A DNA stretch of 64,000 nucleotides from Paraspadella gotoi (Eukaryota; Animalia; Chaetognatha): positions 21,870,494 through 21,934,493 of the forward strand of contig CM119263.1 in assembly GCA_051294375.1 (NCBI GenBank). Reading direction: 5' to 3'. The translations under genes and the position numbers were made by a program. This document shows, piece after piece, positions 27,730 to 63,353 of this stretch. Below the pieces are notes generated by a model. It saw only the letters and a list, made by a program, of their open reading frames with translations, had not been told where the DNA came from and made no database searches. How positions within the stretch are numbered: position 1 is the first letter of the stretch; the number at the start of each line of letters is the position of its first letter.

Positions 27730-28303
27730 CTCCTTCTCTCTCTTCTCTCTCTCTCTCCTCTCCGCGCCCGCTACGCATTAAGTCCTACGCAAGTTACTAC
27801 AACAAACTTCATGATGTTTCACAGACTTTGATGTCCTCGATCTTCTTCGCGCGAAAATTTTCTTGTCTTTTTTAGTTCGTTTTCTGGAACAAAACAAAAA
27901 CCCATCTCTCTCTTTTCTCTCTCTCTCTCTCTCCCGCGCCCGCTACGCATTAAGTCCTACGCAAGTTACTACAACAACTCATGTTTCACAGACTTTATGT
28001 TCCTCGATTCTTCTTCGCGCGAAAATTTTTCTTTGTCTTTTTTTAGTTCGTTTTCTGGAAAAAAAACAAAACCTCGCGAACAAAACAGAATCCGTAACGA
28101 ATTAAACAACGAGAAAAAAAGATTTTTAAATTACAAATTATGTAGTAATTGTTAGTATAAAACTAGAACATTTATTCTTCAAAATAATCAAAAAAATCAG
28201 ATCATTACATCATTACTAATTTTACACTAATGTTAACGAAATCAATTTTATAATACTCGTAAAAATCCCGATGATATCACATACGTATATCTGGTCAATA
28301 TGG

Positions 28304-28370
<67 letters not shown>

Positions 28371-29209
28371 TTCTTTCTCTCGCTCTCGCTCTCTCTCTCG
28401 CTCTCAGTCTCTTTCTTTCGCCGACCTCAATCCCCTCTCATTTATCTCAATTTTCGTTTTATATTTTTTTCCTGAGACTTTTTATGCTGCTTTCAAAAGA
28501 GAGAGCTTTACTTTCACCAAAAATGGGAGGTACCTGTTAAAAATGTAAGGTTAGCTTTCATTTTATTTTTTTTTCTTTTAATTTTTTACAAGCTGTTCCT
28601 TCTATTTTTAAATTCTGTAGGATTTTACTCGTTAATAGTAAGTATTATGAACTAAACTTTCTGTTCATTATTTCATTATTTAGTTTGTTCAGCGACTAAA
28701 TTAAAATAAAAAATAAAAATCTCTGTGATCGAAAGAAAAGGATTCTTTGACTTTGTACGTAATTTCGAATAACGAATTCTGTTAAATCGTCAAAAATAAT
28801 TGTATACAAACACAAAAAAGACACTTTGTGAACATTCACAGATGAAATGGATTGGGTAATGGCAGCGATTCTCTTCTTTCTTTATTTTGACCCAAATTCG
28901 ACATTAAAACCTATCGAAGAAAAATGAGAAAAAAAAAACATTATCTTTTGATTTCTTTATTTTTTTCATTCGTCTTTAGAGAAAATCCTTGACACGAAAT
29001 TTATTTCTTTTTAACGATTTTTCGTCCTTCACACTTACATTTCCAGTCACGTACGTTAAAATATTATGCTGTTTAATTTATTGCTTCTAAATATTATAGA
29101 AGGTTACATTTTTATATCGAAAGAAAACTTTTGTAAAAAGCGAAAGAAGAAAAACCGGCATCTCCGCAGCAGGATGAACGTCTGCATAATTCATAGGGAA
29201 GAAAAGAAC

Positions 29210-29292
<83 letters not shown>

Positions 29293-30754
29293 CAAATCCC
29301 CGTTCGCTCATAATTCGATTCGTTTGAGATGGAATATCAAACGAAACATTACTAAATAATATTTTTTTTACAGACGGCGTAATTTACTAATTCATTTGAT
29401 ACTTGCAAACTGTATTATCTACGTATTAAACATAGGAAAATCACTTCTACTACTACTACTCCTTTCACGGCATCGCTTTTTTATCGAAACGAACTATCTA
29501 ATACTGGGAGGCTTTCCAAAAACAAAACGAACGCCATCGGTGCTAATTCAAAAAGTCAAACAATTAACTAACATACTTAAAGAGGGAAAAAAGAAACGAA
29601 CACGCGAACATAATAATTATATCGCTTACATTTAAATCATTTCTAATAAATCGTGTTTCTGTTCGTGAAAATTCGTGATATATTCGTCTCGTCTCGTCTG
29701 CGCACGATCAAGAACCAAATTGCAAAGCAACGAAAAAAAAAAGAAACAAAAACAAGAACAAATACGAAACAAACAAAAAACAGAACAAACAAAAACAAAA
29801 AAACTACGAACGAAGGAGTAATTTTTGATAAAAAAAAAAGAAAAAAAAACTTTCCCCTTCTGTCGATGGAATAAAAGTCACGTCGTCACGAGTTTTTTTT
29901 TTAAATAGCGATCGATACGGCGAACGATACCTTAATACTGAGATTAATACTGCGATAGAAATACGTTCAATTACGATGACGATGTTAATACTTGGAAGTT
30001 TAAAAAAAAAAGGATCAATTCGTTTGTGAATTAACATAATTAAGAAAAAAAGAACAAACGAACAAACGGAGGAAACCCAAGCAACGAACGTGGGAACGGA
30101 AGCGGCTCTTCGGGCGTGGACGCCGCGCGCGCTTCCCTCACGGCGGGACTGTGTTCCCGCCGCGCCAGAGGGGGCGCGTCGTCGTCGCCCTCATCGTCGT
30201 CGTCGCCGTCGTCGACGTCGTCGTCGAGGAACGCTCATGCGCCCTCTAGCGACGAACGCTCAACTCTGGAGGTGATGGGGAGAGGGAGAAGGGGAGAGAG
30301 GGAGAGGGGGAGGAGAGAGGCGAGAGGGAAGGGAGAGATAGAAAGAGCGCAAGAGTCCTATCATTGAGAAAATCGTTGTTCGGAACCAGAGTCGATGGCG
30401 TCCGTGTCTGTGTCCGTTTGTCTGTTTGTGTCTGTCCTCATCGCTGTGATTGGCGACGAAAGACTCGACCAAAACAAACTAACAAACAACAAACAAACAG
30501 CGAATTTTCGTTCGCCTCCACGCCATCTTCTTGAAAACGAAAAAAGGCAAAAAAAAAAAAAAAGAAAAAGAAAAAAGGACAATGACCAGAAGAAAATTCT
30601 TTTTTCTTTTCCTTCGGCGACGAAGATTTCGTGTTTTTTTCTTTTCTTTTTTTTTTCCCGAACTCCGAAAATGTCCAACTGGTTTTTTTTTTGTTGTTTC
30701 TTTTTCACTCAGGATTTCCTCTGTTCTTTTCTTTCAACTGCGGAAAAGCGAAGG

Positions 30755-31060
30755 AAGGAATGAAAGCGGAGGAGGAGAAGATGGCGATGCCCGCCAAAGG
30801 TCGGTGTCGGTTGGGGGGGGGGAAAGGGAGGAAGGGATGAGAGAAAGGAAGGAGGAAAGGAAAGCGACGAGAAGGAATGAAAGCGAGGAGAGAAGATGGC
30901 GATGCCCGCCAAGGTCGGTGTCGGTTGGGGGGGGAAAGGAGGAAGGATGAGAGAAAGGAAAGGGAGGAGAAAGGAAACGAAGAAGGAAGGAATTGAAAGC
31001 GGAGGAGGGAAGATGGCGATGCCCGCCAAAGTCGGTGTCGGTTGGGGGGGGAGGAGGAAG
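30755..31060. repeat. Three imperfect tandem copies of a ~120-bp purine-rich unit
   Basis: gaagatggcgatgcccgccaa(a)g(g)tcggtgtcggttggggg occurs near 30777, 30892 and 31010. Confidence 0.9.
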
Positions 31061-31143
31061 GATGAAGAGGAAAGGGAGGGAAGAAAAGAGGAAAAAAAGT
31101 CGAAGATGGCAAAAAATGAATGATTTAGAGAGAGAGAGAGTGA

Positions 31144-31195
<52 letters not shown>

Positions 31196-31251
31196 GAGAG
31201 AGAAGAGAGAGAGAGAGAGAAGAAAAGAGAGAAGAGAAAGAGAGAGAGAGG

Positions 31252-31305
<54 letters not shown>

Positions 31306-32242
31306 GAGAGATGAGAGAGAGAGAGAGAGCAGAGACAACCATCGAACTTGAGACAGAGACACAACGCCGAACGAGAAATCGCGCTCCTGTTATTGTCTTC
31401 TCATCAACGACTGTTTTTCTTGTTATGACAGAAAAGCTAAAATATAAACCGAAGCGTAACGGGCTTTCCTTCCTCCGCAATTTTCTCACCTCGTCCCCTT
31501 CCTCTGACTTACCTCCTTTACCCCCTTTCACCCACTTTTGTCCGCTGCCTCCGGCGTCGAGTCTCATTCTCGCTCGTTTTCATCTTCGTATCTCGCGGAT
31601 TAAAAAAGGAGGAGGATTCGTCGCAGGATTAATTCCCACTTCCTTCCATTAATTCCTCCCATTAATTCCTTCTATTAACTCTTCGGATTACTTCTCGAAA
31701 GTTTTTGACCTCTGCTCTCTCCGTCATGGACGAGCTTTTTGTGAACTGAGTGAATCCGCCTCCTCGATTTTTTATGGCAAAAATTTTCGGCTTTACAAAT
31801 TATTAATATTTTTCTGTATTAATTATAATTTAGCCAGACAAAAATACCTCGAAAAATCATGATCCGCCGATATCCGAATTGAATCATAGCCTTCTCAAAT
31901 CAACCTTTCCAGTCAATCACGTCCCATATCCAAGCTTTTTTCTGCAATCACGCCCCATAACCAAGCTTCTCCATCATTTTTCTCAATCACATTTCCGTCA
32001 TCTAACTCGCGACCTCAGGTCCTCGCGATCTCTCGGTCTTCGTCTCCTGTTTATCTCCGCTGAGATTTATATTTTCGCTCCGTCGATGGAAGGCATGAAT
32101 GTATGGGAAAGATCGGAGGACAAAGAAACAAACGAGAGAAATAGTTGACGAGAAATAGATGGGAAAAACAACAGAAGCGGATGGAAAATGATGGAGAGAG
32201 AGAGAGACTAGAGAGAAGAGAGAAGAGAGAGAGAGAGAGGAG

Positions 32243-32275
<33 letters not shown>

Positions 32276-32659
32276 AGCGAGAGGAGAGAGAGAGAGATAT
32301 GGGGTGGGAACAACATGATAGAGACGCAAACGTTTTGGAGATGTCAGAGGAGATGATGGCATCAGAGGAAAAGGTGAAAGAATTGAAGAGAAAAAGATGA
32401 AAAAAAAAGAAATAATAAAGGTCAAGGGGGTTTTAAGTTAGAAGGATATTACTGCGAGTCTGTAAAAAAACATTAACAAGTAATATTAAACACGATATAT
32501 GTAAAACGAAAACCTAAAATGATGAAACTATTTTGTTGATTGGGAAATCAAATAGGCCAACTCAGTCACCGAAGGAAAGAAAGTATCCGAACAATGGCGG
32601 CGTTGTGAAAAGCAAATGGATCGCCATGTGAAAAGATAAACAAGAAGGAACGAGACGGA

Positions 32660-32755
32660 NNNNNNNNNNNNNNNNNNNNNNNNNNNNNNNNNNNNNNNNN
32701 NNNNNNNNNNNNNNNNNNNNNNNNNNNNNNNNNNNNNNNNNNNNNNNNNNNNNNN
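32660..32755. other. Assembly gap (96 N)
   Basis: Run of n. Confidence 1.
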
Positions 32756-32766
32756 CACTCTTCTCT

Positions 32767-32826
<60 letters not shown>

Positions 32827-34782
32827 GAGAGAGAGAGAGAAAAAAAACGAGGTAAATGGATTTCCATGGTCGTTAATACATGTAATGTGGCTTAAGGAAA
32901 ATGTTGTTTCTTTTTCCGTTGGCGTTATGAGAAGAGGTGAGCGAAGGTCACATCTAATCTGGATGGAGAGAATTCATGGTTCATCAGAGTTCGAAGACTT
33001 TAATCGCGGAAGGATTTAGATTTAATGTTGAGTTATTACATGTGTTATTACTGTGTTTGTATAAATTTTGGTGTCTATTCATTTCTGTTTTGACTTCCTT
33101 TTATTTTCTTAATTCTTTCTTTTTATTCTTTCCCATTTTTTACGTCGTTTCTCCCCCACCCTTTTCCCCCCATTCTTTTGTTCATTTGTTCTTCGGTGAT
33201 GGAAAATCCATAGATGACGAGGAACGTCAAAGCGAAATTGGAAAATTGAAATAGTGGATGATAGAATGGAAAGAGGAAAAGAAAACAATTAGCGTTAAAT
33301 ATTACCCGACGTTGCTATTTTCTAGCCTCATTTCATTGTTCCCTCGTCAGTGGGATCGTAATTCAATTGGCGAAACTATAAGCAAAACAACAAAACGAGA
33401 AAACGAAAAATAGGGAAAAAAAGAAGAAACTTCGTATTTATTAACTTTTTTTCCTTATCCATGTACCCAGGAAATCTTTTGTACCTCGGGCTTCTATGCG
33501 AAAGCTTTTGGTCTTTCACGACAGAATCTCCTCCCCCATGAGTTCCTCAGTCCCCTGGTTATTAAATCATCACGTAATCAGAGTTTATTGCATTATTAAA
33601 TCATTTTTCCCGGTTGTAAAACTAAGCCTGGACACTGGACACGGCGGGGCGACATCCGATGCGTCACTCGGTAACAGGAGATGGTCCCACCACTCCATTC
33701 GAACAAATGGTATTGCAACTACCTTCGTACGGGAGAAATTGATAATTGACACTCAAACATATAATGCTGTAAACTGCCAAAAAGTGGACGCGGCTGCGTA
33801 TTGTCCTGCCACTTTGAATTGACTGATGGTGCTGCTACTCCCACGATGCCTCTTCCATTCCGGTGCTGCCACTCCCATCGTGGAGATGGCGCGGGCGAAG
33901 ACATAATCGTTTTGATTGAATTATTTTGTTGACGCCTCGAGTTCCTCTCATCCTTTCCTTTTCCCCTCTCATTCCCTTTTTACCATCCCCTTTTCCGTTT
34001 AAGTCTACTTTCCTTTCACATTTTCCTTTCCCCTTCGCCTACTATTTTACTTTTTTCTTCTTCCTCTTCTTCTACTTCTCTTCCCCATTCTTTTTCTCCT
34101 TCCTATTTTCCCCCTTCTCATTCCTCTCCCCCTTTTCCTTCTATTTTTCCTTCTTCCTCTTTTCGTTCCCTTTCTTTTCTTCCTTCTCCTTCCTCTTCTT
34201 CCCCTTCCCCTCTTCCTACTTCTTCTCTTTTCCTTACTTCCTATTCTCTTTTCCTAGTTCTTCCCTTTATCTTCATCTTCTCATTCCCCATCTTCTTTCC
34301 TTTCCTTTTTATCTTTTCATTCACCTTCTCCTTGCCCTTCCCTGTTCCCTTCCCTTTCTCTTTTCTTTCCCTTTGAAAATATGTAGAGAATGATGACAGG
34401 CATGACCATGGCATGTTAAAGGAGGACTGATCACATTTGGAGGCTAAACGGCAGATCAAGAATTTGGAATTACTATTTTTTAAACTAGTAACGACAACGA
34501 CAGAAGGAAATAAAACAAAAAAAAACTTTTGATGAATTAAGTCCTTTTTTTCTCTCACAATGAATCTTTTTTTTGTTCTCCTGGTTTCGTTTCTTTTATT
34601 TCTTTTATTTTAATTTCCAATTTTTTTTTTGTAACCGCTGCCATAAACACTTGAAGCGTAAGACAAAACCAGGAAGGAATCTTGAAAACGTCTCTCTCTC
34701 TCTCTCACTCTCTCTCTCTCACTCTCTCTCTCCCGCTCGTGACCGCGCCGTCGAGCGGCGAAGGAAATCGTTTCAATAAAAG

Positions 34783-34944
34783 ATGAGCGCCGACGACGAC
34801 GACCACAACAACGACAACAACGAGTTTCTCTCTGGAAATTTCCTAGGTGGCGCCGCGACGTCGGGGTCGTCATCAACGGCGGCGCCGACGACGACATCGA
34901 GCGATCCAAACAAACAGATCAACCTCGTCCTGGATTATAAGGAG
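34783..34944 (+). CDS. Phospholipase C-like gene, probable first coding exon
   Basis: ATG, MSADDDDH...QINLVLDYKE, donor GAG|GTGAAA in phase 0, joining the exon at 37310 in frame. The peptide itself is not recognisable. Confidence 0.55.
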
Positions 34945-35059
34945 GTGAAAAAGATGATGATGATGATGATGATGATGATATTTACTGAGATGATGGTTAT
35001 AATGTTGCTCATAATGACGATTATTTTACCTCCTTTTATCTGAAATAAATCATACCGTA

Positions 35060-35297
35060 GTTTGGATAAGGCGCTAAGTGGGCATAAGATGACTAACCGT
35101 AACTTCTATAACCCCCTGTAGGCTCTAGCAGACATAGAACGGGTCCTGGGCTTGGAACCAGGCATGAGGGTTTGCCACGCCCCGAATGGGGCTTACGGCC
35201 GTCCTCACTCTTCCCACTGGGTAGGTACCGTTTTGGGATTGAACCCGATACCTAGTGGTCATGAGCTGATGGCCTTACTCAATGAGCCACCGGGTCA
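35060..35297 (-). mobile_element. tRNA-derived SINE-like element
   Basis: Minus strand ggtggctcattgagtaaggcc...cgggttcaatccc gives an A-box and a B-box at tRNA spacing (35291-35235), followed by a balanced-GC body; no complete cloverleaf. Left boundary approximate. Confidence 0.55.
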
Positions 35298-37309
35298 CAA
35301 CAGAAAGACTCATGCTTATAGGCGGGGTGAACCTAGGCAATGCCCGACTACAGTAGTTGGGATTTCTTATCTTATTCTTTCAAATCTTGAAAGAAAAATC
35401 AGAAAATCCTTTGTTTTAAAAAAACCAGGTGTCCACGAGCTTATTTCTAAATTATTATATTTAAATAAATGTTTCCTATCGTTAAGCGGTCAAACTAATG
35501 TTTGACTCCAATGTTCACCTCTTAATCTTTTTCATTCTTGTGCTCAGGATGAAAGAAGGAATTTTTGATTACATTAAACGTCTTTAATTTTTCCTATTTT
35601 GATTTGATTTAAATATTATTTTAAAGAGAAATCTGTTCTTCTTTCTCGGAACGTCGCCAAATTATTCATCAAACGTAGTACCACATGAAATTGTAACCAA
35701 AGGATAAAGAATGAAATCTTATGAATTTATAAAAATTTAAAAAAGGAGAGAAAAGGCTAAAAAAATGGAAGAAAAAATTGAATTCATTTCAAATAAGGCG
35801 CTACTAAAAAAGATTAAAACTTGGGTATTCCGACATTCAAAGCATTTAAAACAGACGCGACAAAACCGCCTTCTTTTATTCTTCTCTTCTTCCTTCATTC
35901 ATTCATTTTTTCCCTTTTTTCTATTCTTTTTATCCTTTTCTCTTCTTCTTTCTTTCCTTTCCTCCCTCCGCTTTCCTCTATTTTCTATTCTTTTTATCCT
36001 TTTCGCTTCTCTTTCTTTCCTTTTCCTCCCTCCGCTCTCCTCTTTTTTCTATTGTTTTTATCCTTTTCTCTTCTTCTTTCTTTTCTTTTCCTCCCTCCGC
36101 TTTCCTCTCCCTCATCTCACCCCTCAATTCGATATTCATGGAAAAAAGAGGTTTTGTTGAAAGCGATTTTGTTCGTATCCTTCAGGCCTCCATATTCAAA
36201 GCTTCTCAGACTCGAGTAGAGAAAAACGGCAACGATGTTTTGGGCCACTTTTTTTCTCCGGGCTTTTTACGCGCGATTGACCACAACTAGAAATAATTAG
36301 CGACCTTACTAAAGATGTACAAATATAATGTTTTTATTCTTAGTGTATTAATCCTTTCTTTTTGTTGTGTATATTTGTGTATATTTGTGTATTTGTGTAT
36401 ATTTGTTCATACGTTTATAGATAAACAAATCGCTGTTAAATCTCATATTTGTTTTTTGCTAATGTTTTTAGTATATATCCAACTAAATTTCTTTAGTAGA
36501 TTTTTTTAAAGTTTTGATAAAAAAGACAAATTTACTCACCTTGTTCTAGTCGCCATATATATCCTTGATCAATACAAATTATCTAAACTAATTTAATTTT
36601 ACGAAGGTTTCTGTAATAAATCTTAAACTTTGTTTTAGTCTTTGTGTAAAAGATGTTAGGCCCGACTCTTTCTCTCGGTTCAAAATAAGGACGTGATAAT
36701 TTTGTTCTTTTTACTTTTGGTCAGTTCATTTATATTTTGATTTTCTCATATTTGTAGTAAAGCTTTGCAATAAGTTGACCCATTCTTATAGGTGAAGTGA
36801 ACTTATTGCAATGACCGACTACATATTCTCAACTTTCCCTAGAGTCAGCCGAACGCTAATTCGAGCGCTAATTCGTGACGCTCGACCCTACGAGGGAAAT
36901 ACTGCGCCTCATGCGATTAACGTTCGCCTTTCCTTTTCCCCTTAAACCTGTTCTGACAAGAGTTATCATCTGCCCCTTGGCGTTGGTCGTCGTCTTCGTC
37001 GTTTTCTTCATCGTCGTCGTCTTTGACAACTTCTTTTTTTTTCCGACAGGGGCGCAAGGCGATCACGCGGGGTTTTATTTTTTTATTCCTTAATGTTTAC
37101 TTACTTTTTTATGCTGACTTTTCTCTCCTTTTCACTTCTCCTTATTTTTTGAACTTTTGGTTTTATCAAGTTTCTTCCCCTTCATCGTCTCCTTGGTCAA
37201 TCCTTTTCCCCATGACTCCTCTGATCACTCTTCTCATTTGCAAATACAACATACAAATACAACGCTCTTTACATTTCTCCCCCCCACCCCGCTTTACCTC
37301 ACCCGTCAG

Positions 37310-37434
37310 GTTCACCCGGATTTGCTTCCTCTTCAAAATGGCGGAAACCTCACAAAAGTCAGACAAAAGTCTTACGGAGGAAGAAAAATCTCGCGGGATC
37401 TCAGCAAAAGAAACTTCATATCGTCGCTGGCTAG
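37310..37434 (+). CDS. Phospholipase C-like gene, exon encoding the start of the PH domain
   Basis: Pyrimidine tract plus GTCAG acceptor; VHPDLLPLQNGGNLTKVRQKS resembles recalled PLC-delta1 'DLQALLKGSQLLKVKS'; strong donor AG|GTAAGT, phase 2. Confidence 0.72.
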
Positions 37435-37719
37435 GTAAGTTAGTTGCTTCTGCTTTTCTTGTTGTTCTTGGGAACCTTGCCTTCAAAGAAGCTCCTCAAA
37501 CACGATTGCTGCTGAAAATATAAAATGATCATTTTATATTTTTCTGTCCTACATACTAATGTGTCAGTTTTATGGCGGTTTTTGTCGTCGACTTCGTCGT
37601 TTTCGTTGCGTTACCATCCACATTGTCGTCGTCGTCGTCATCGTCGCCGTCATCGTCGTTCTCGTTATGGTTGTTTTGCTTCGCCGATCGATTAATCAAC
37701 AGTAAACATGAAGTGTGAG

Positions 37720-37761
<42 letters not shown>

Positions 37762-37762
37762 T

Positions 37763-37805
<43 letters not shown>

Positions 37806-38255
37806 AGTGAATGAAAAATGAAAGCGAAGTTCCATCCCATTTCAATCATAACAAAATGAATGTTCAGAATCCAGTTTTTTTAAATTTACGAATCTCATCC
37901 GAAATTTCCAAAACAAAAACGAACCTCTGACGAATTCGTGGCAGAAATAATCGAGAATATATTTGCATGATTAGAAAAATGATTAGAAAAATGTGCAAAA
38001 TAGAGAAAGAAGAAAATTCGTTATGCATTCGTTAGGCTAATTCTGAGAGAGACAGATACAGAGGTTCGCGAAATAAGTATATATAAATCGTGACAACCGT
38101 GTCTCATGGTAAAAATGGTATAAATTATTTGCGTCGCGCGAAATTTTGTTTTTACTGTAGACGCTACGGGGCAACCGAATAAAACTATGATAAGAATAAA
38201 AATATTAAAATACTTTTCGTTGTTGTTGTGATTTCGTTCTCATCGCCAGTTACTC

Positions 38256-60044
<21,789 letters not shown>

Positions 60045-60359
60045 CTTCCCGACTCCGGTTATATTAATCATCCTCCAGATCCAGCGCCGGAAATACGCGT
60101 TTTGCTTTAATCTCATTCGCCGAGAAAAAAATCAGTTGAATTTCCTCGATCAAACGCGCAAAAAAATGAATATTTTGTAGTTGGGTTTTCAAATTTGATT
60201 AAAATATTATTATTTGGAAGCAAATAAAACATGTTATACTGCTTAAATATTTTGTAAAAACTTTAAAACCTTCTCATAATCGATGTAAACTTTTTTAAAG
60301 CAATAATATGAAGATTATTTATTTATTTTTCCAATTATTAACAATTTTTAATCTCCCAA

Positions 60360-60465
60360 GCTCTGTGCATGCGCGTTTTTCCAAAAATAGTATTCAACAA
60401 AAGTCAATATATTTTTATTCGCGCCCTGGCGCTCGATCGGGGAAACGAGGAACTTCCGGTGGAAG
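60360..60465. promoter_or_regulatory. Possible promoter of the nested gene
   Basis: NRF1-like TGTGCATGCGCG (60364-60375) and ETS-like ACTTCCGG (60452-60459), 300-400 nt upstream of the minus-strand ATG. Confidence 0.25.
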
Positions 60466-60736
60466 AAGCAGAGCGGAAAATTAAAGCGAAAGAAAGTTTG
60501 TATGAAGACTGAAGAGCGAAGAGAAAGAAAACTTTTTTTTCTTAAATGGAATTTTCTTCTGTCGAAGCGAAAGTTATTTTTTAATAATGTCGTCACTGGA
60601 GGAAGACACCAGTCGCTGTTTTTGAGTTTCGTCGTCGTAGTCGTCGTAGTCGTCGTCGTTGTCCGAAATTGTATGGATTACAATATCGATCGTTCGGACC
60701 GGTAGCGGCACGCGCGGACGAATCGGTTACCTCTCT

Positions 60737-60837
<101 letters not shown>

Positions 60838-61558
60838 CCTCTCTTCTTCTCTCTTCTCTCTCTACTCCTTCCCAGTTCCCACCCTCCCTCCCACACCTCG
60901 CAATCTGGCAATGGGTTCCCGTTACTCGTTTCCATGCATGAGCCAAATGAAAAAAAAAAAACTGAATTAACGATTTATTCAGTTTTTCCGACAGCGAGTG
61001 AAATGTGGTCGCTGGTCGGTAACACGATATTGGTCGTTCGGATGGAACTGGATAAAACCTGTTGGATTCCGGTCGGGTTTTCGTTAAACAGAAATTGCAA
61101 TCGAATTTTAAAAAAAAACATGAGATTTGATTAATCGTTGGATTTGCGGTTTAAAACTTTGGTTTCTTTTTTATCCGTCTACTCACTAACTATTTCTCTG
61201 TTTCTGTCTCTTTCTCTCTATCTCTCTCTAACTCTCTCTTACTCTTCGTCTCCCTATTTTCGATGAGAATAACCGCTGGAGAAAGCTGGAGAAATTTGCC
61301 TCCGAAATGCTGTAGTTAGAGATACATATAATTTGCGACGAATATGCTAATGATTTTGGTTGTTCTTCTCTTCTTCTGGAAGTTGAGGTTAATAACTGGG
61401 GAATTATAAAAACGTTTTTTTTATGTTTGGGTAATTACACTCTGAAAAATTGTTTATGGTTCTTTTTCTGTTGTGATTCTTTTGTTTTAAGCCATAAAAC
61501 GTTTTAATTCCAGAAATGAAGGTGATTTGAATGCCCGTTAATGGGAATTTCAGAGCTT

Positions 61559-61639
<81 letters not shown>

Positions 61640-61956
61640 AGTTAATTCTCACAAAAAGTTTTCAAGTCGTTAAATTTGCTTTCCCTAATATTAAATGTTA
61701 AATTTATCTCATGGTCGTTTTCTGCATTTCTCTCTCAATATCTTTCTTACTTATTCTATTTATGTCTTTCTCTTTTTTTCTTTCCCTCTCTTTCTCTCCC
61801 TCTCTCTCTTTCAACAAATCATTTATAATATTTACAAAGACACGAGATTCAAAGTGATGACCATAAATCCTTCCGTGTCGCTAAAGTTTCCATGGATCTT
61901 CTACAATTTTTTCTAATTTACATTTGGACATCGGACCCGTACCATTTTACTGTACT

Positions 61957-62370
61957 TATGAAATTGGTACAACCAATATAACAATTATATATTCGTTTAA
62001 TGAATAAGCGATCTCGCCCCTGACTATGGAAACTTTCCATTAGACAGGCTCTCCATCACTTTTACAAGATAATGACATAGCTGGACCCTGCAAGCTTTCA
62101 ACCAAGACTCTCTCACAGTCTCCTTTATTCACTCCAAGTGTAATCATTTCTATTTCTATTTCTATTTCCCAGAGTACCTGGCTTCCCTATCAATGAAGTG
62201 GGGTAATGTTTCAAAGAATGTTTCAATTGGATGAAAAGAAAACTTCCTTAAGTATTAGATCGGGGTCATACCATATGGTACTCCCCCCCAGCATTAAAAT
62301 ACAAGGAGCTGATTTTTATGAAATTAGTACAGCCAATATAAAAATTATCCATTCATTAAATAAATATGCT
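61957..62370 (-). repeat. ~325-bp repeat family, inverted and circularly permuted copy (about 1.15 units, with a short (ATTTCT)n insertion)
   Basis: Reverse complement matches 13056-13446; tatgaaatt(g/a)gtaca occurs at 61957 and 62317. Confidence 0.88.
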
Positions 62371-62388
62371 CCCCCAAATCCGCTCCAG

Positions 62389-62557
62389 GCGTCTCAGCTC
62401 CGGCGGGTCGACCAGCGGCTCCTCCAAAGTCCTCAAAGGCTACAAACGCTTCTTCTTCCTTCAACCGGATCAGCAGCACATCTTCTACGCGGAGACGGAG
62501 GAGAAAAAGAGAAGAGGAAAAATCACCAGAGCACTGAACGTCTCTGAGATCAAAGAG
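62389..62557 (+). CDS. Phospholipase C-like gene (delta/eta/PRIP-type PH domain), next exon; gene continues beyond the window
   Basis: CTCCAG acceptor in phase 2, matching 37434; ...YKRFFFLQPDQQHIFYAE...LNVSEIKE|GTGAGA resembles PLC PH 'RERFYKLQEDCKTIW...IEDIQEVR.G'. Confidence 0.78.
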
Positions 62558-63021
62558 GTGAGAGAATGAATGAATGAATAAATATAAACGAATACGGCCT
62601 TGGGCACGCCTATTGCGGCCAATGTAGCCTTTTGGCTCAGATATTAATATCGTTAATAATAACAACAGATTACTGTTCAACATTTAAGATACTAAACATT
62701 ACAACGGAAACAGTTGTAGAACACGATTTAAAAATTAGTGTGTTTAGGACAATCGAAACCGTAAAAGTTAAGACAACAATGATTAAATGTTCTATCCTCG
62801 TGGTAATAAAATGTAATTGGAGATTTGTACGTCTTAGGCTCATCAATTTCTTCTAAGATGTCTCGAAAAAGTGAATTGTTTTTGATGATGTTTTCTAGCC
62901 TTCCTTTGGCTCTTGAAATGATTTTGTTTTTGAGGGAGGATTCTCCTGCTGCATCTTATACGAGAGGAGACAGAGAAAGAGAGAGAGAGAGAGAGAAGAG
63001 AGAGATAAGTAGATAATAGAT

Positions 63022-63057
<36 letters not shown>

Positions 63058-63059
63058 TA

Positions 63060-63318
63060 GAGAATGGGAAAAATCACCTGAGCACTGAACGTCTCTGAGA
63101 TCAAAGAAGTGAGAGAGAGAGAGAAAGAGAAGAGAAAGAGAAGAGGAAAAATCACCAGAGCACTGAACGTGTCTGAGATCAAAGAGGTGAGATAGAGAGA
63201 GAGAGAGAGAGTGAGAGTGAGAGAGAGGAGAAAAAAGAGAAGAGGAAATATCAACAGAGCCCTGAACGTCTCTGAGACAAAGAGGTCAGAGAGAGAGAGA
63301 AAGAGAGACAGAAGAGAG

Positions 63319-63353
<35 letters not shown>

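Noticed and set aside
33460-33910. Balanced-GC block that could be an LTR or retroelement fragment
   Set aside because: No second copy, termini or recognisable protein motif in the window.
36765-36811. 12-bp inverted repeat (ttgcaataagtt/aacttattgcaa) as a pre-miRNA
   Set aside because: Stem too short and no known mature miRNA recognised; more likely transposon debris.
37338-37434. MAETSQKSDK... as a separate first exon
   Set aside because: That frame ends in phase 1 and is unrecognisable; the other frame is PH-like and matches both neighbouring exons.
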